Below are positions 9,575 to 20,202 of a DNA stretch of 64,000 bases, one piece after another (the stretch's first letter is position 1; each line of letters begins with the position of its first letter). Source of the stretch: Rebecca billardiae RCC1528. Its lineage: Eukaryota > Protista > Haptophyta. The position numbers were made by a program, and so were the translations under genes. The DNA lies in the NCBI GenBank assembly GCA_965240325.2, contig OZ251226.1, positions 2,356,001-2,420,000 on the forward strand. The letters are read 5' to 3'. The notes beneath the pieces were generated by a model. The model saw nothing but the letters and a program-made list of their open reading frames with translations. It was not told the origin of the DNA and ran no database searches.

Positions 9575-12574
9575 ATGCACACCGGACTTACGACGCCATC
9601 GCCCTCGGTCGTCGACCGCGACGTCCCGCGTGCGCTGAGCTTCATGAACCGGCGGCAGCGCGAGCGCCTCGACGCGAGCTTCAAGCTGCGGCATGGGCTC
9701 GTCGAGCGCGCGACGCTCACCGAGGAGGAGGCCCACGCCCATTTCTTCGCCATCGACGAGAAGGACGTGATCCCGTTTGGCATCCGGCGCATCATGCACG
9801 TCGACGTGAATCGCCTGTACACACCGCGCCCCACCGGGCACCTGCGCGGCGTGCCGATGGATCCGGAGATCACGCTGCTCGCGTACGCGGCGTGGCGGAG
9901 GCGTGACGTCATCGCCAAGCTGCTGCTCCGCGCCGGGGCCGACCCGACCATCCGCCACCCGTGCGGCAGCGTGCTTCGGCCTGAGGATGAGTCTGTGGTG
10001 CGCGCGGCGATCTCCCGGCTCGGTTGGGCGGCGCAGGTGTTCGGCGCGGTGCAGGTGGTCCGCATGCGCCTCCTGTCCACGCGCGAGGCCGCGTCGCGCC
10101 CCGGCGGCCTCGGCGCGTGCTCCGCGTGCGGCTCGTCCGAGCTGGCGATCCTGTGTGAGCCGTGCGAGCACGTGTGCTGCGAGCCGTGCATCTGGGCCAA
10201 GATGGCGGCGGCGGCCGCGACGGAGGGCGGCGCGTTCGCGTGCCCGCAGTGCAGCGTGCGGCTCTCCTCCTTCGTGGACAAGCCCGCCGACGCGCGCTGC
10301 GTGCCCCGGCTGCGCCCGCCGCAGGGGCGCGGCTGGTGGTGTGATGGCTGCGTGTACCACAACAACCTGCGGCGCACCTCCTGCTGCAACTGCGGCGCCG
10401 ACCGGCCGGCGTACGTGCAGGTGCCGACCGGCCCAGCGCCCGAGGCGCTGGCGCTGCGTGCCCCTGGCGCAGCCCGCGAGCTCGCCGACGAGCGCGCGCG
10501 CGCGCCGCTCGGCGCGCGCGCGGGCGCGCGGGCGGTCGCAGGTGCCGCGGTGGGCACGCTCGGCGCCACAGCGGCTCTCGTCGCGCTCGGCGCGGCGCGT
10601 CTCGGCGTCGGTCGGGCGCGCGCGTGCGCGGCGCTCGGCTTCGGGCTCGGCGCAGCGACGCTCGCGATCGCCGCCGCTCGCCGCGCCGAGGCTTTCGCGC
10701 CCCCGCGCGCCCCTCGGGGCACTGGCCCGGCGACGACCGCTGCGCCGGCCTCTGCGGCTGACGGCGGTTTGGCGGATGGCGGCGCTGAAGCGGCGCCCGC
10801 AGTCGTCGAGGTACAGCTGCGGCTGTGCCGGACGCGCGTGCTCGGCTCGAAGCTCTCGTTCATCAGCGGCACCGTGACCGAGCTCTCCTGCCAGGCGTGC
10901 GGGACGCACCTCTGCGCGCGCGCCGAGGGCCGCGGCGCCAAGGCGGAGCCCGAGCGCGCGGCCGCGTCTGTTGCCACGCCCGAGACTGGCGCCTGCTGCG
11001 AGGAGTGCGCGGCGTTCTCGCCGGGCCAGCTCGCGCAGGTGGTGCTGAACGAGTGCACGGCGTACCCCGAGTGCGACGGCACGCTCGTGCGGCAGGGCTG
11101 CGAGAAGGCCACCTCCGCCGCCATGGCCGAAGGCTCCTCCCGCCCGCGGCCGCTCGTGCGTGTGCGCGGCGTGCGCCAGCCAGACCCGAAGCGCAGCTCG
11201 CCGTCGGGACTCGAGCTGCGCGCGAGCTCGTGCGAGCTGCTCGAGCCGAAGCTTGCGAAGCAGCGGCTCGACGCGCCCAGGCCGAAGCCCGCGCCACGCC
11301 GCAGCGCGACGGAGAGCCGCCGCCGCCGCTTCGTGCCGCAGCCAGCCCTCGAGGACGCGGTGCGGCGGCTGCGGAGGGCCAAGCTCGCCGACCGTCGCGA
11401 GGCGCTGTTCACCGCCGCGGTCAAGGGTGACACCCTGCGGCTGGCGGCGCTGAAGGAGGTGGGCGAGGACGTGGGCGGCGCGCGCGACGCGTACGGGCAG
11501 ACCGCGCTGCACATCGCCGCGGCGCACGGCCAGCTCCTCGCCGTGCATGCGCTCCTCGAGCAGCACGGCGCAGATGCCAACGCGCTCGCGCCCTCGGGCG
11601 CCACGCCTGTGAGCGCGGCCGCGGCGCGCGGCCACGGCGCGGTGCTGGACGAGCTGGTGCGCGCCGGCGCAGACGCAGATCGGCCCGGCTCGGAGGGCGT
11701 GAGCCCTCTGGGCTACGCCCTGCGCCGCGCAGCCGCCGCCTCGCTCCTCCCGCTGCGCGCGGCCCTCGGGCCTGCGCACGGGCTGGCCTGCCTGGCCGGC
11801 GCGGCCGCGGCTGCTGGCGGCGCGGAGGCGGATGGCGGCGACGACACGGCGAGTGACGGCACGACGTGCCGCGACTTCAGCGGCGTGGGCGACGCGGAAG
11901 GCGAGGGCGAGCGGGGCGAGCGCGCTAGCGCCGGCGCGTCTCCCCCCGAGCTCCGCCTGTGCGCCGCCCCAGTCCTCGCCCCGCCGCCGCCGCTCACCGC
12001 CACGCTCACGAGGCTCATCCCTTCGGAGGCCGCGCACCCGGGTGCTGGCAGCTGCGTCATCGACGGCGCCTTCCCCGACGTGTTCCTGTCGCAGCTGGAG
12101 CGCCTCTTCAGCCGGCTGCCGCTCGCGCCGCGCACCAAGGAGACCCAGGGCAAGAACGACCGCAGCTACTTCTGCGACGCCGAGGGCTGGGTCCAGCGCG
12201 CGCTGCGCGAGGCAGTGCGCGCGTGCGGCGCCGACGCGCCGTGCGCTGGCGAGGCGATGGCGCACATGCGGTTCCTGCTGTATGCTGAGGCTGGCGGCGG
12301 GCTGCCGCCGCACATCGACTTGGCGCGCACGGACGCGTGCGGCGCGCGCTCGTCGCACACGTTCATCCTGTATCTCACCGACTGCGCGGCCGGCGGCGCG
12401 ACGGAGCTCGTCGAGCACATGCAGTGCGGCACGGCAAAGCCGCCGGCGACGCTCGCGTCCGTGCGGCCCACGCGCGGGCGGCTGCTCCTCTTCCCCCACG
12501 TGTGCCCGCACCTTGCGCGCGAGGTGGTCGCCGAGGGGCTGCCGAAGCTGCTGCTGCGCGGGGAGATCCGGTAG
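9575..12574 (+). CDS. Multidomain protein: RING-like Zn finger, RanBP2-type Zn finger, OB-fold-like region, ankyrin repeats, C-terminal 2OG-Fe(II) oxygenase
   Basis: CSAC...PCEHVCCEPC...CPQC; WWCDGCVYHNNLRRTSCCNCG; GQTALHIAAAHG; oxygenase MRFLLY...PHID...HTFILYL...GGAT...GRLLLFPH..PH...KLLLRGE. Confidence 0.8.
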   Translation: MHTGLTTPSPSVVDRDVPRALSFMNRRQRERLDASFKLRHGLVERATLTEEEAHAHFFAIDEKDVIPFGIRRIMHVDVNRLYTPRPTGHLRGVPMDPEITLLAYAAWRRRDVIAKLLLRAGADPTIRHPCGSVLRPEDESVVRAAISRLGWAAQVFGAVQVVRMRLLSTREAASRPGGLGACSACGSSELAILCEPCEHVCCEPCIWAKMAAAAATEGGAFACPQCSVRLSSFVDKPADARCVPRLRPPQGRGWWCDGCVYHNNLRRTSCCNCGADRPAYVQVPTGPAPEALALRAPGAARELADERARAPLGARAGARAVAGAAVGTLGATAALVALGAARLGVGRARACAALGFGLGAATLAIAAARRAEAFAPPRAPRGTGPATTAAPASAADGGLADGGAEAAPAVVEVQLRLCRTRVLGSKLSFISGTVTELSCQACGTHLCARAEGRGAKAEPERAAASVATPETGACCEECAAFSPGQLAQVVLNECTAYPECDGTLVRQGCEKATSAAMAEGSSRPRPLVRVRGVRQPDPKRSSPSGLELRASSCELLEPKLAKQRLDAPRPKPAPRRSATESRRRRFVPQPALEDAVRRLRRAKLADRREALFTAAVKGDTLRLAALKEVGEDVGGARDAYGQTALHIAAAHGQLLAVHALLEQHGADANALAPSGATPVSAAAARGHGAVLDELVRAGADADRPGSEGVSPLGYALRRAAAASLLPLRAALGPAHGLACLAGAAAAAGGAEADGGDDTASDGTTCRDFSGVGDAEGEGERGERASAGASPPELRLCAAPVLAPPPPLTATLTRLIPSEAAHPGAGSCVIDGAFPDVFLSQLERLFSRLPLAPRTKETQGKNDRSYFCDAEGWVQRALREAVRACGADAPCAGEAMAHMRFLLYAEAGGGLPPHIDLARTDACGARSSHTFILYLTDCAAGGATELVEHMQCGTAKPPATLASVRPTRGRLLLFPHVCPHLAREVVAEGLPKLLLRGEIR

Positions 12575-13000
12575 CGCCGCCCGCATCTGCTCCGCTACGA
12601 ACGACGTGTAGGCCCAATTGCTGCATCCGAAGCGCATTCATTACGGTCACAGACTCATTCACTAATCTGACAGCCTGGCCTATCGCCATGACAGCAGCTG
12701 TGCTGATGAACTTATAGGCTTAGCTGTGCGACGAGAAAACGCGCTCGGTGCGCTCCCCCGCTGGCTCGGCAAGCCATGGAGCCGATGGCTCTGGCGACTG
12801 CCCTTTGGTACGGTGCCTGTCGCGCGAGGCGAGCCGCGTGCCTTCACGTGCGGCCTGCGGCACGCCCGTTTTGCCCGGACGTTCACTGTCCGGCTCAGCC
12901 GGGGCGGCTGCAGATTAGTAAGTTACCACGAGCCTTCGGTCGTTTTCACCACAAGACTTGACACAGAGTCTGTCAGAGGCTTGACACTGTCGTCTCGCGC

Positions 13001-13012
13001 TCTCTCTCTCTG

Positions 13013-13054
<42 letters not shown>

Positions 13055-13064
13055 CTCTCTCTCT
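13001..13064. repeat. (CT)n microsatellite, interrupted
   Basis: Visible CT dinucleotide run. Confidence 0.9.
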
Positions 13065-13550
13065 CAGAGATGCTATATATATTGCGCTGTGTCTCAACGC
13101 TGCGGCAGCCAGTCTCAGTCCGATGTTAGTGACATATATACTGTCATAGCGTAGCTTATTACTTGCTGATCATCCGGAGTCGGCAGCAGTAAGTATATCC
13201 GTAATCGGATGTGAGTACAGTCATGTCGTCGATGATGACGATGACGATGAAGATTCGAAGAATACTGCTAATACTACTAGCGCTATCGCAGCAGCATCAT
13301 GATGATGCTGCTGCGTCATCGCTAATGATCGCGTCATCGCACGCACGCGCGCCGGTTTTTCCGATTCAGCGCCGCCTGCTGAGTCCCTGACTCCCTGACG
13401 GCTCGGGCTCGGTCCCGCTGTCCAGTCGCTCACGTACCGCCTCACACTCACTACTGACTACAGCACAGTGTCGGTAACGTGCGCGTCTAGAGTATTACTA
13501 TTAGTCCGGACTCAACTACTGTGTCGTCATATGTGCATGACAGGCAGCCG

Positions 13551-14675
13551 TCACACCGCGAAGGGATAGTCCAGGCGGACGCCAGGGTCCCCAAAGTACT
13601 CGCTCGGGCAGTTGTACTCCCCTCTGGGCACGTGCGGCGCGCGCTCAGCGAGCACGCCATCGGTGATGGGGAGCGGCGCACGACGTGCTGTGCCAGTGGG
13701 CAGCTGGTGATTCACAAGGCCGTAGGCCGGCCAGTCTGGTTCGGAGGCCTTGGCTGCGTAGGCCATCGCGTCGTGCACGAGCTTGTACAGCTCGGCTCGG
13801 TCGGATGGCTCGAGCTTGCGGACCATGCTGCCATGGCCCACCGCCCCCGTCACGTTCACACCCTGCAGCCGCAGCATGCTGACTGGGAGTCTGAGCGGGT
13901 CCGCCACCCGCCGCCACGCGTCGATGACCATCGCGTGCGTGCTGCGCTTGGGCGAGTAGTGGTACATGCATAGAGGGAGCACGCGCGCGCCGCTGCCCAC
14001 TTGCCACGTGGCCGAGGCGTTGATCATGCCGCCCACGCCGTCGGCTGCGCCGAGCGTGCGCAGTGCCTCCATGCGCAGGGCGGCAGCCGCGGGGAGCTCT
14101 CGCAGCACTTGGCAATAGCGCTTCTCCCGCCACCGCGTCGGCAGCGACGGCACGTGGCGCTCGAAGAGCTCCGCGGCGCGCGGCGGCCAGCGGATGGGGT
14201 CTGTGCGCCCGCCCATGCCCCACTCGCGCAGCCATTTCTCCCGGCTGCACTGGCAGTGGTAGCGATAGCCTGACAGGAGCATGTCGAGGGGGTTGCGCAC
14301 CAGATGCACGATGGCATCAAAAGATCTCAGCATGTGCTCGGCGCTGCCGTCGGCGAGCAGGTCGACCTTGTGCTTATACCGGCCATTGCTGTAGAACGTG
14401 ACGCCGTTCTGCGCGCAGCACCGCTCCCCGCCCAGCGACATGGGGTGGGAGTGCAGCTGGCATAGCCCGTTGAGCAGCTGGAACGCTGCTTCGGTGCCTG
14501 ACTTGTGGTGCGCAACCACGGCCACGCTCCCGCCGTGCGGGCCGGACACGTCGAATGCGCGCGGAGCGCAGGTGGCTGTCCTAGCTGCAAGGCTGCTCGC
14601 CGACGAGCTCACCCTTCCAGATGAGCAAAGCAGGACGAGGTATAATGAGAAACTGGCGGGGGAGTTCGCCGCCAT
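13551..14675 (-). CDS. Sulfotransferase-family (P-loop) protein with signal/anchor
   Basis: Hydrophobic N-terminus, VAHHKSGT, HLVRNPLDMLLSGYRYH. Confidence 0.7.
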   Translation of the reverse strand: MAANSPASFSLYLVLLCSSGRVSSSASSLAARTATCAPRAFDVSGPHGGSVAVVAHHKSGTEAAFQLLNGLCQLHSHPMSLGGERCCAQNGVTFYSNGRYKHKVDLLADGSAEHMLRSFDAIVHLVRNPLDMLLSGYRYHCQCSREKWLREWGMGGRTDPIRWPPRAAELFERHVPSLPTRWREKRYCQVLRELPAAAALRMEALRTLGAADGVGGMINASATWQVGSGARVLPLCMYHYSPKRSTHAMVIDAWRRVADPLRLPVSMLRLQGVNVTGAVGHGSMVRKLEPSDRAELYKLVHDAMAYAAKASEPDWPAYGLVNHQLPTGTARRAPLPITDGVLAERAPHVPRGEYNCPSEYFGDPGVRLDYPFAV

Positions 14676-14706
14676 TGCGCCCAGTGTTCAGCCAACGTGG
14701 TTACTG

Positions 14707-14773
14707 TGTGCAGTGTTGGATGGCGTTAATCACGCCTTAACCAAGTGTGCACGTTAAATCATAGTAAACTGTA
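14707..14773 (+). mobile_element. Terminal fragment of dispersed element family A
   Basis: TGCAGTGTTGGATGGCGTTAATCACGCCTTAACCAAGTGTGCACGTTAAATCATAGTAAACTGTA is identical to 31073-31137. Confidence 0.75.
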
Positions 14774-15116
14774 CGTGGCGGTCGGTCGGCCCGGATTCGG
14801 ATTTTGGAACAGGTGCCGCAAGTAGCTAACTCTCATGCTTCTGTCCAACTCCAGGGTGTCAGTCTGTCACTGTCTTGCTCATCTCTCGTCTGATAGCTGA
14901 CTCTCATCCGCACCCGACAGTCGTCGGAGTCACTCGCCGGGCCGCCGCGCGGGCTGCCCTGGCCCCGAGGGATGCCAGGCCGCCGCCTGCGCTACAGTGC
15001 CGTCTGAAGGGCAGCCCGTCAATGATATTGATCGCAGGGCCGCGTCAGTCCTGAGTGGGCCCGCCCCGGCCGAGCTCTGCATACGTCGTTCGCATGCGCG
15101 ACCACAGGGCATCATC

Positions 15117-15608
15117 CTAGACGACGCAGCGCATGGACAGCATGAATGGCGAGGACTGCACCACCCTTGCACAGCAGGGCATGTTGCGGTATTCTGTAAT
15201 GAGTGTCAACGCATTGCGCACACGTGTCACGTCTTGGTATGCGACGCGCAAGAGCGCCTCGCGACGCTGCGGATGGATGTGCAGGATGTCGATGGGTAAG
15301 GCTGCGCCGATCTGACCATACACAGTTCGCAGTGAGGTGTTCAGGAGCGTCTGCAGGGCGGTGGAATCACGAGGTGCATCGCTGCCATCAAAAGCCACAC
15401 GGAGGAAGAAGGAGCTGCATAGGGCGACCGAGGAGCGCCCTTCACCACCGAGGTTGGACTCATCATCTTCATCATCCAGCGCGTCACCATCAGACGGCTC
15501 TGCTGCTCCATCTATGCTCACGTCGCCGTCGCTGGTCCCGTCGCTGTCGTCGTCGTCATCGTCGTCGGGCAACGGGATGAAATCGTCGTCATGGCTTTCA
15601 GCCGCCAT
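15117..15608 (-). CDS. RNase P/MRP subunit, Rpp14/Pop5/Pop8 family, with acidic N-terminus
   Basis: LNTSLRTVYGQIGAALPIDIL...ALLRVAYQDVTRVRNALTLITEY...CARVVQSSPFMLSM. Confidence 0.8.
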   Translation of the reverse strand: MAAESHDDDFIPLPDDDDDDDSDGTSDGDVSIDGAAEPSDGDALDDEDDESNLGGEGRSSVALCSSFFLRVAFDGSDAPRDSTALQTLLNTSLRTVYGQIGAALPIDILHIHPQRREALLRVAYQDVTRVRNALTLITEYRNMPCCARVVQSSPFMLSMRCVV

Positions 15609-15661
15609 GCGCACTTCTGGCCGGCGCAAAATTCCGGATGGGTTGTCACCGCCAGTCCCGC

Positions 15662-16447
15662 ATGGACGACCTCGACGTGACTGCGCTGCTGCCCGAGGGG
15701 CTGTCGGATCGTTGGGTGCGCCTCTACGTCCGCCTTTGGCGTGACGCAGCAAGGCTCACCGCCGCCGACGGCCTCCCGCGCGCGGTGCACATCTCCCTCC
15801 TGCCAGATGGGAGTGTCCGTCTGACGGTGTCTGTGCGTCCGCCTGATGCACAAGGGCCTGATGCTTCTCCACAGGGAACCCCCGCTGGTGGCAGCCAGCG
15901 GCGCGAGGGAGGTGGTGGCGCGCCTTCTAAAGCTCCCCTGCATCCCGCCCCGCGCCGAGCGCGCAAGTCGGCTCCGCCGGCGCGCGCGCTCGCCGCGCAG
16001 GGCTCGGGTACTGGAGTGCAGGCTGCAAACGGCGAGCAGCAGCACTCTCAGAAGCGGAAGAAGAAGCCTCGGCGCGGGAAGCGCGGGCCTCGGCGTGACG
16101 CGCAAGGCAGGCGGATTCGATCTCCATCGAGCCGCCGCACCTCGTCGCGGCGCGCCGTCGAGAAACGCCAGGAGCGCAAGGCGGCGCGGCTGGCGGCCTC
16201 TCTGCCCGCAGCACCTGCGCCTGCTCCAGCTGCTGTCCCCCACGCGGACCGAGACTCGTCCATGGACGACGACTCGGACGACGAGGATGCGCAGCAGTCG
16301 GGGGCAAAGCGTACCCTGCACGCCGCAGCAGCGCCAGCCGCCGCCAGCAAGCCAGCTGAGCAGAGCGGCAAGCGCGCACGCGGCCGCGCAGGGCACACGG
16401 GGACGACTACATCACCGCCGGATCACCCGCCAGGGCCCAGCGGCTGA
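15662..16447 (+). CDS. Basic (K/R-rich) hypothetical protein lying within dispersed repeat family B
   Basis: 261-aa ORF with a folded-looking N-terminal ~60 aa, an NLS-like KRKKKPRRGKR and an acidic patch. Its 3' part and downstream sequence are repeated at 20203-20716. Confidence 0.5.
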   Translation: MDDLDVTALLPEGLSDRWVRLYVRLWRDAARLTAADGLPRAVHISLLPDGSVRLTVSVRPPDAQGPDASPQGTPAGGSQRREGGGGAPSKAPLHPAPRRARKSAPPARALAAQGSGTGVQAANGEQQHSQKRKKKPRRGKRGPRRDAQGRRIRSPSSRRTSSRRAVEKRQERKAARLAASLPAAPAPAPAAVPHADRDSSMDDDSDDEDAQQSGAKRTLHAAAAPAAASKPAEQSGKRARGRAGHTGTTTSPPDHPPGPSG

Positions 16448-16688
16448 GACGGCCGTCTGACATCCGGACCTGCACCCTCGCCCTCGCTCGGGGCACAGCA
16501 GGTCCATGCGAGCCGCGCAGCGCAGGTGGATCGCGCTCCAGCAGCTCAAGGCCGCGCTCAAGCCATTCGATCGCGGTTCAGGCTATGCTCTGCCACCAGC
16601 GCCGACTTCGTGTCGACGATCGGGCACTGCCGACGACGAATCAGGAGACCTGCGCCGTCCTACCTGTGTCGTTAAATCATAGAATGAG
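16230..16688 (+). mobile_element. Dispersed element family B, 3' region
   Basis: Aligns to 20203-20716. Both copies end GTGTCGTTAAATC(A/C)TAGAATGAG, sharing CGTTAAATCATAG with family A ends. Confidence 0.7.
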
Positions 16689-16789
16689 TCCGGCTGGAGC
16701 TCAGCCTCGGCCCGGCTGCGCACCCGAGACGGAGGGCGGCCGCCTCCCGCTGCCCGCGCGAGGTTCGTCCCTCTCGAACCGACTGGCGG

Positions 16790-18402
16790 ATGAGCACGTT
16801 GACGCAGCCTGCGGACGTGTACCAGCCGCCGCACCTAACCACGGACACAGAGGGCGAGCCGCTCAATCCGAGGATGGCACTCGAGGTCTCAGAGCCCCTT
16901 GCAGTGCCGCCGACTGCAGGCCAGCCCAGCGCAGGGTTGCCAGCCGAGAACGCTCACCTGGACTACCACCATGCCGAGCCGGCTGGGTACGCCGGTGTGG
17001 ACAGCTACGGCTCGGGCGGTGCGCACGCGTACCACCCTCAGCCACCGCACGTGGCCGACGCGCTTCCGCCTGATCAGGAGGTGCAGTCCATGGTCGCGAC
17101 CATCCAATCGTTCTCGAGCATACCCATCGTGTGCGCGGCAGGCGGGCTGTGCACGGCCCTGGCCATGTCGTCGGCGCTGAGCGGGGGCGCGTGGAAGACG
17201 GGCGTGCTTGGTGGCAAGCTCGTCACCATCAGCCTGACCCACATCGTCACGCACGCCGACAAGTCCGCTGCCGCCGATGACCCGGCATCGGTATCGCCAT
17301 CGGTCCACAAGCTTTCGTTCCGATGTTCCGACTTTGGCGAGCTGGAGGCGTGCCGGCTCGCGTCGGCAGGGCTGGCTGTGCGCGTGCTCCTGTGCTTCGC
17401 GATGCTCGCCATCTTCGCCGCCACGGTCTCCACGTGTCTCCTCATCCTCCTCGACGGCAACCGGCTCCACGGGCTGCGCGCCCAGCTTGGGTATTCGGGT
17501 GTCGCGGGGCTGCCCAAGGTGGCCATGGCTGCGTGGGCGGCGACGGTCGGCCTGCTCGCGAGCGGCGCGCTGCTGTACACGGCGATCTCGCCGTTCCGCT
17601 GGGGGCAGACGACCCTCGCGCTCGATGCGTCCTTCGGCCTCGTCCGCCTCGCGCTGCTCCTCGCGCTGCTGTGCGGCACCGCGCACACGATGTATGTGAA
17701 GCGCGTGCGAGCGCTCGTCGTCTCCGGCACGCATGCGTCCGCGGCCGAGCCGGGTGGCCTCGGTGAGCGCCCGGTAGAGGTGGAGCTCGGGCTCGAGCTT
17801 GTGCGAGCGACGCGCGTACTCGCGGACAAGTCGCGCGCACTCGCTGCGCTCCTCGCCGCGCAGCTCGCGCTGCAGCTCGTGTGCATCATCCACGCGCCGC
17901 AGTGGTCGGCGGTGCTGGTGTTTGCAGGTGCGCCGAGCGCGCCGCCTCCACGGTGTGCGGGGCGTCGCGAGATGAGCGCTGGTCCTGGAGGACCCGCTCG
18001 TCACTCACGCGCGACCCGCCCTCGTCCCCGCCCACCCGCATAACCGCGGCAATCACGCCGGCGCCGTCGTGCCCCTGCGTGCCGCCGCCACGTGCTTTGC
18101 CGCCTGCGTGCCTGGCTGGCTCCGACCGCCGCGCGTGGCCCGCAGGCGCCGCAGCGTGCGCGTACTCGCAGCACCACCTTGCGACCTTCTACATCCACGC
18201 CACGGCCATTTCCGCTCTTTACGACGTGCTCGACCTCATGGCCGGGCCGCCGCTCACGATGGCCAGTGGGGGTTACACGACGACCTACATGCTGCTGCTG
18301 CTCGTCACATCGCTCAAGGTGGCCGGCGCCGCACTTGTCGCGCACCTCGATGAGCGCTCGGGCGCCGGCTACGGCGAGTACCTCATGCGCCAGCAGGGCT
18401 GA
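16790..18402 (+). CDS. Multi-pass membrane protein, unknown family, at least 2 exons
   Basis: Several hydrophobic helices. Intron 17928-18145 (GTGCG..CGCAG) joins VFAG-AAACAYSQHH and continues to ...EYLMRQQG*. Confidence 0.65.
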
Positions 18403-19116
18403 CTCGACCGGTGCCTCCGCGCCGCCTAGCTAGGCAAGGTCGCGCCACGAGAGGCACCCGGAACAAGGAGGCAAGATGACAACCACGGGCGGCGCCACAC
18501 GTCGCGGATATGCCGAACCGTGCCTATTGTCAGCTGCCAACCGCCAACCGGTGCGGGTCAGGCGGGTCAGCGGCTCCGAATCCGCGATTGCGCGCTGCAT
18601 GAGAGTGCTGTCGACGCGGCGACACCGCCTCCGACACGCACGGGTCACGGACAATCACGACAATGCGACGACGCGAATCAAGCGGTGGAGTAGAGGTCGC
18701 CTGGTGATCGATGGTTACTATTAGCAAGCACTGAACGCAGGTCGAAAGGTGAAGGGTCCTCACAGACCGATGTACATACAGACATACTGTCAAGCTACTC
18801 AGTTTCGGTAAGTGGTGGCATTTCGTCGTCGGCACGGATTCCAAAGGGCAGCCTTCCAAACTCCCCAAACTGGATTACTACTACGACTGGATTTGGAAGC
18901 GAATTCGGCCGCGCGAACTTCGCTACGAACTTCCAATTGGCTGACCTGGACACTGATGGAAGCCGTAATATGGTTCACACTTGTGAACTTGACCGTTGGC
19001 CCAGGTCACCGCCCGCCGCCGCCCTCAGAGCCCGTCCACCCGTGGAAGTTCACAAGAAACCTCACACTCCCAGCCGTCAGCCCGAACGACGACCGACCCG
19101 CCGCACGTCGCAAACC

Positions 19117-19374
19117 ATGAGCCTGTCTGACCTGGAACCGTCGCTGGCGACCGTCTTTCGGATGTTCGACACGAACCACAACCAGCTCTTGTCCTTCAAA
19201 GAAGCAAAGAACTGCGTCCACTCCGACATGGTGCCAAAAGGCCGCGGCCTCGAAAAGGACGTCAACCCGATGCCGGGGACCATCGACGACATCACGTTCG
19301 GCGAGGTCTTCGCCCAAATCGATCAGGATCAGTCGGGGGAGCTGTCTTACAGTGAGTTGATGAACCTTCTTTGA
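19117..19374 (+). CDS. Small two-EF-hand calcium-binding protein (85 aa)
   Basis: FRMFDTNHNQLLSFKE and FAQIDQDQSGELSYSEL. Confidence 0.8.
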   Translation: MSLSDLEPSLATVFRMFDTNHNQLLSFKEAKNCVHSDMVPKGRGLEKDVNPMPGTIDDITFGEVFAQIDQDQSGELSYSELMNLL

Positions 19375-20202
19375 CAGCCTCGAGCCCACCCCGCCCACGC
19401 ACACCGTCATCATACCATGAGAAGTGCCTTGTCTTCCGGGCCTTTGGCTACGGGCATTATTCTTCCGCGCAGTCCAATCGGCCGTGGCTCCACTCGGCTG
19501 GTTGCGAGGGCGCACTGGCTTCGGCTTTGCTTGGCTTCCGTCTGTGCAGACGCGCGGTTGCAGTCACGCGATTGCAGCTTCGGTTGAGAGCTACTGTCCC
19601 TGCAAGCGTCACGGGCTTCGGTACTGCGACTAGCCTACCGCGGGCAGTGCTACAGCGGTAGTGGCACTCGACGAGTCCCGCGGCTCTCACGCCTCTACTA
19701 ATCGGCCGCGCAGCTCTCGGCAGCCAGGAGTGCGGCAGTGCCACGCGTGACCCACGCTGCCGTCGGGTGTCGCTTCGCGGCGCGGCGAACTGCGCCTCAG
19801 GTGCGACGTGGGTGGCCGCAGTCAGCGGACTCGCCATCCAGCGCGCCGCGCGGACCGGGAGTCAGCGGTCCCGGTCAACCGCGGCTGACTCAGCAGAGGC
19901 GCCGCCGGCACGGCGGATCGCAGGCCCGCAGTACTGAACGGAGCCCTCAATTCTCAGTGCACCTGACAGCAGCGTGGACCGCCGCGGTTGCCATAATCGC
20001 TGGCGCGCGGCACTGGTCGGATTGATGACCGAGTGGTCCGCTGCCAGAGAATTCTTAGTAGTGTCCGCCTGCCGGGTCCCCCGATTAAAGGTGCCACGCG
20101 GTATATTTAGGTTTTAATTTATTATAATTCATTTATATATATTCATCGACTAATACTAAACGGCCCGCCAAACGGCCCGCCATTTAAAGCTCAAGGCCAG
20201 TC

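Noticed and set aside
9358-12637. Very long antisense ORFs (748 and 1042 aa) and many similar R/A/P-rich ORFs across the window
   Set aside because: These are shadow frames of GC-rich genes with low stop frequency and no motifs.
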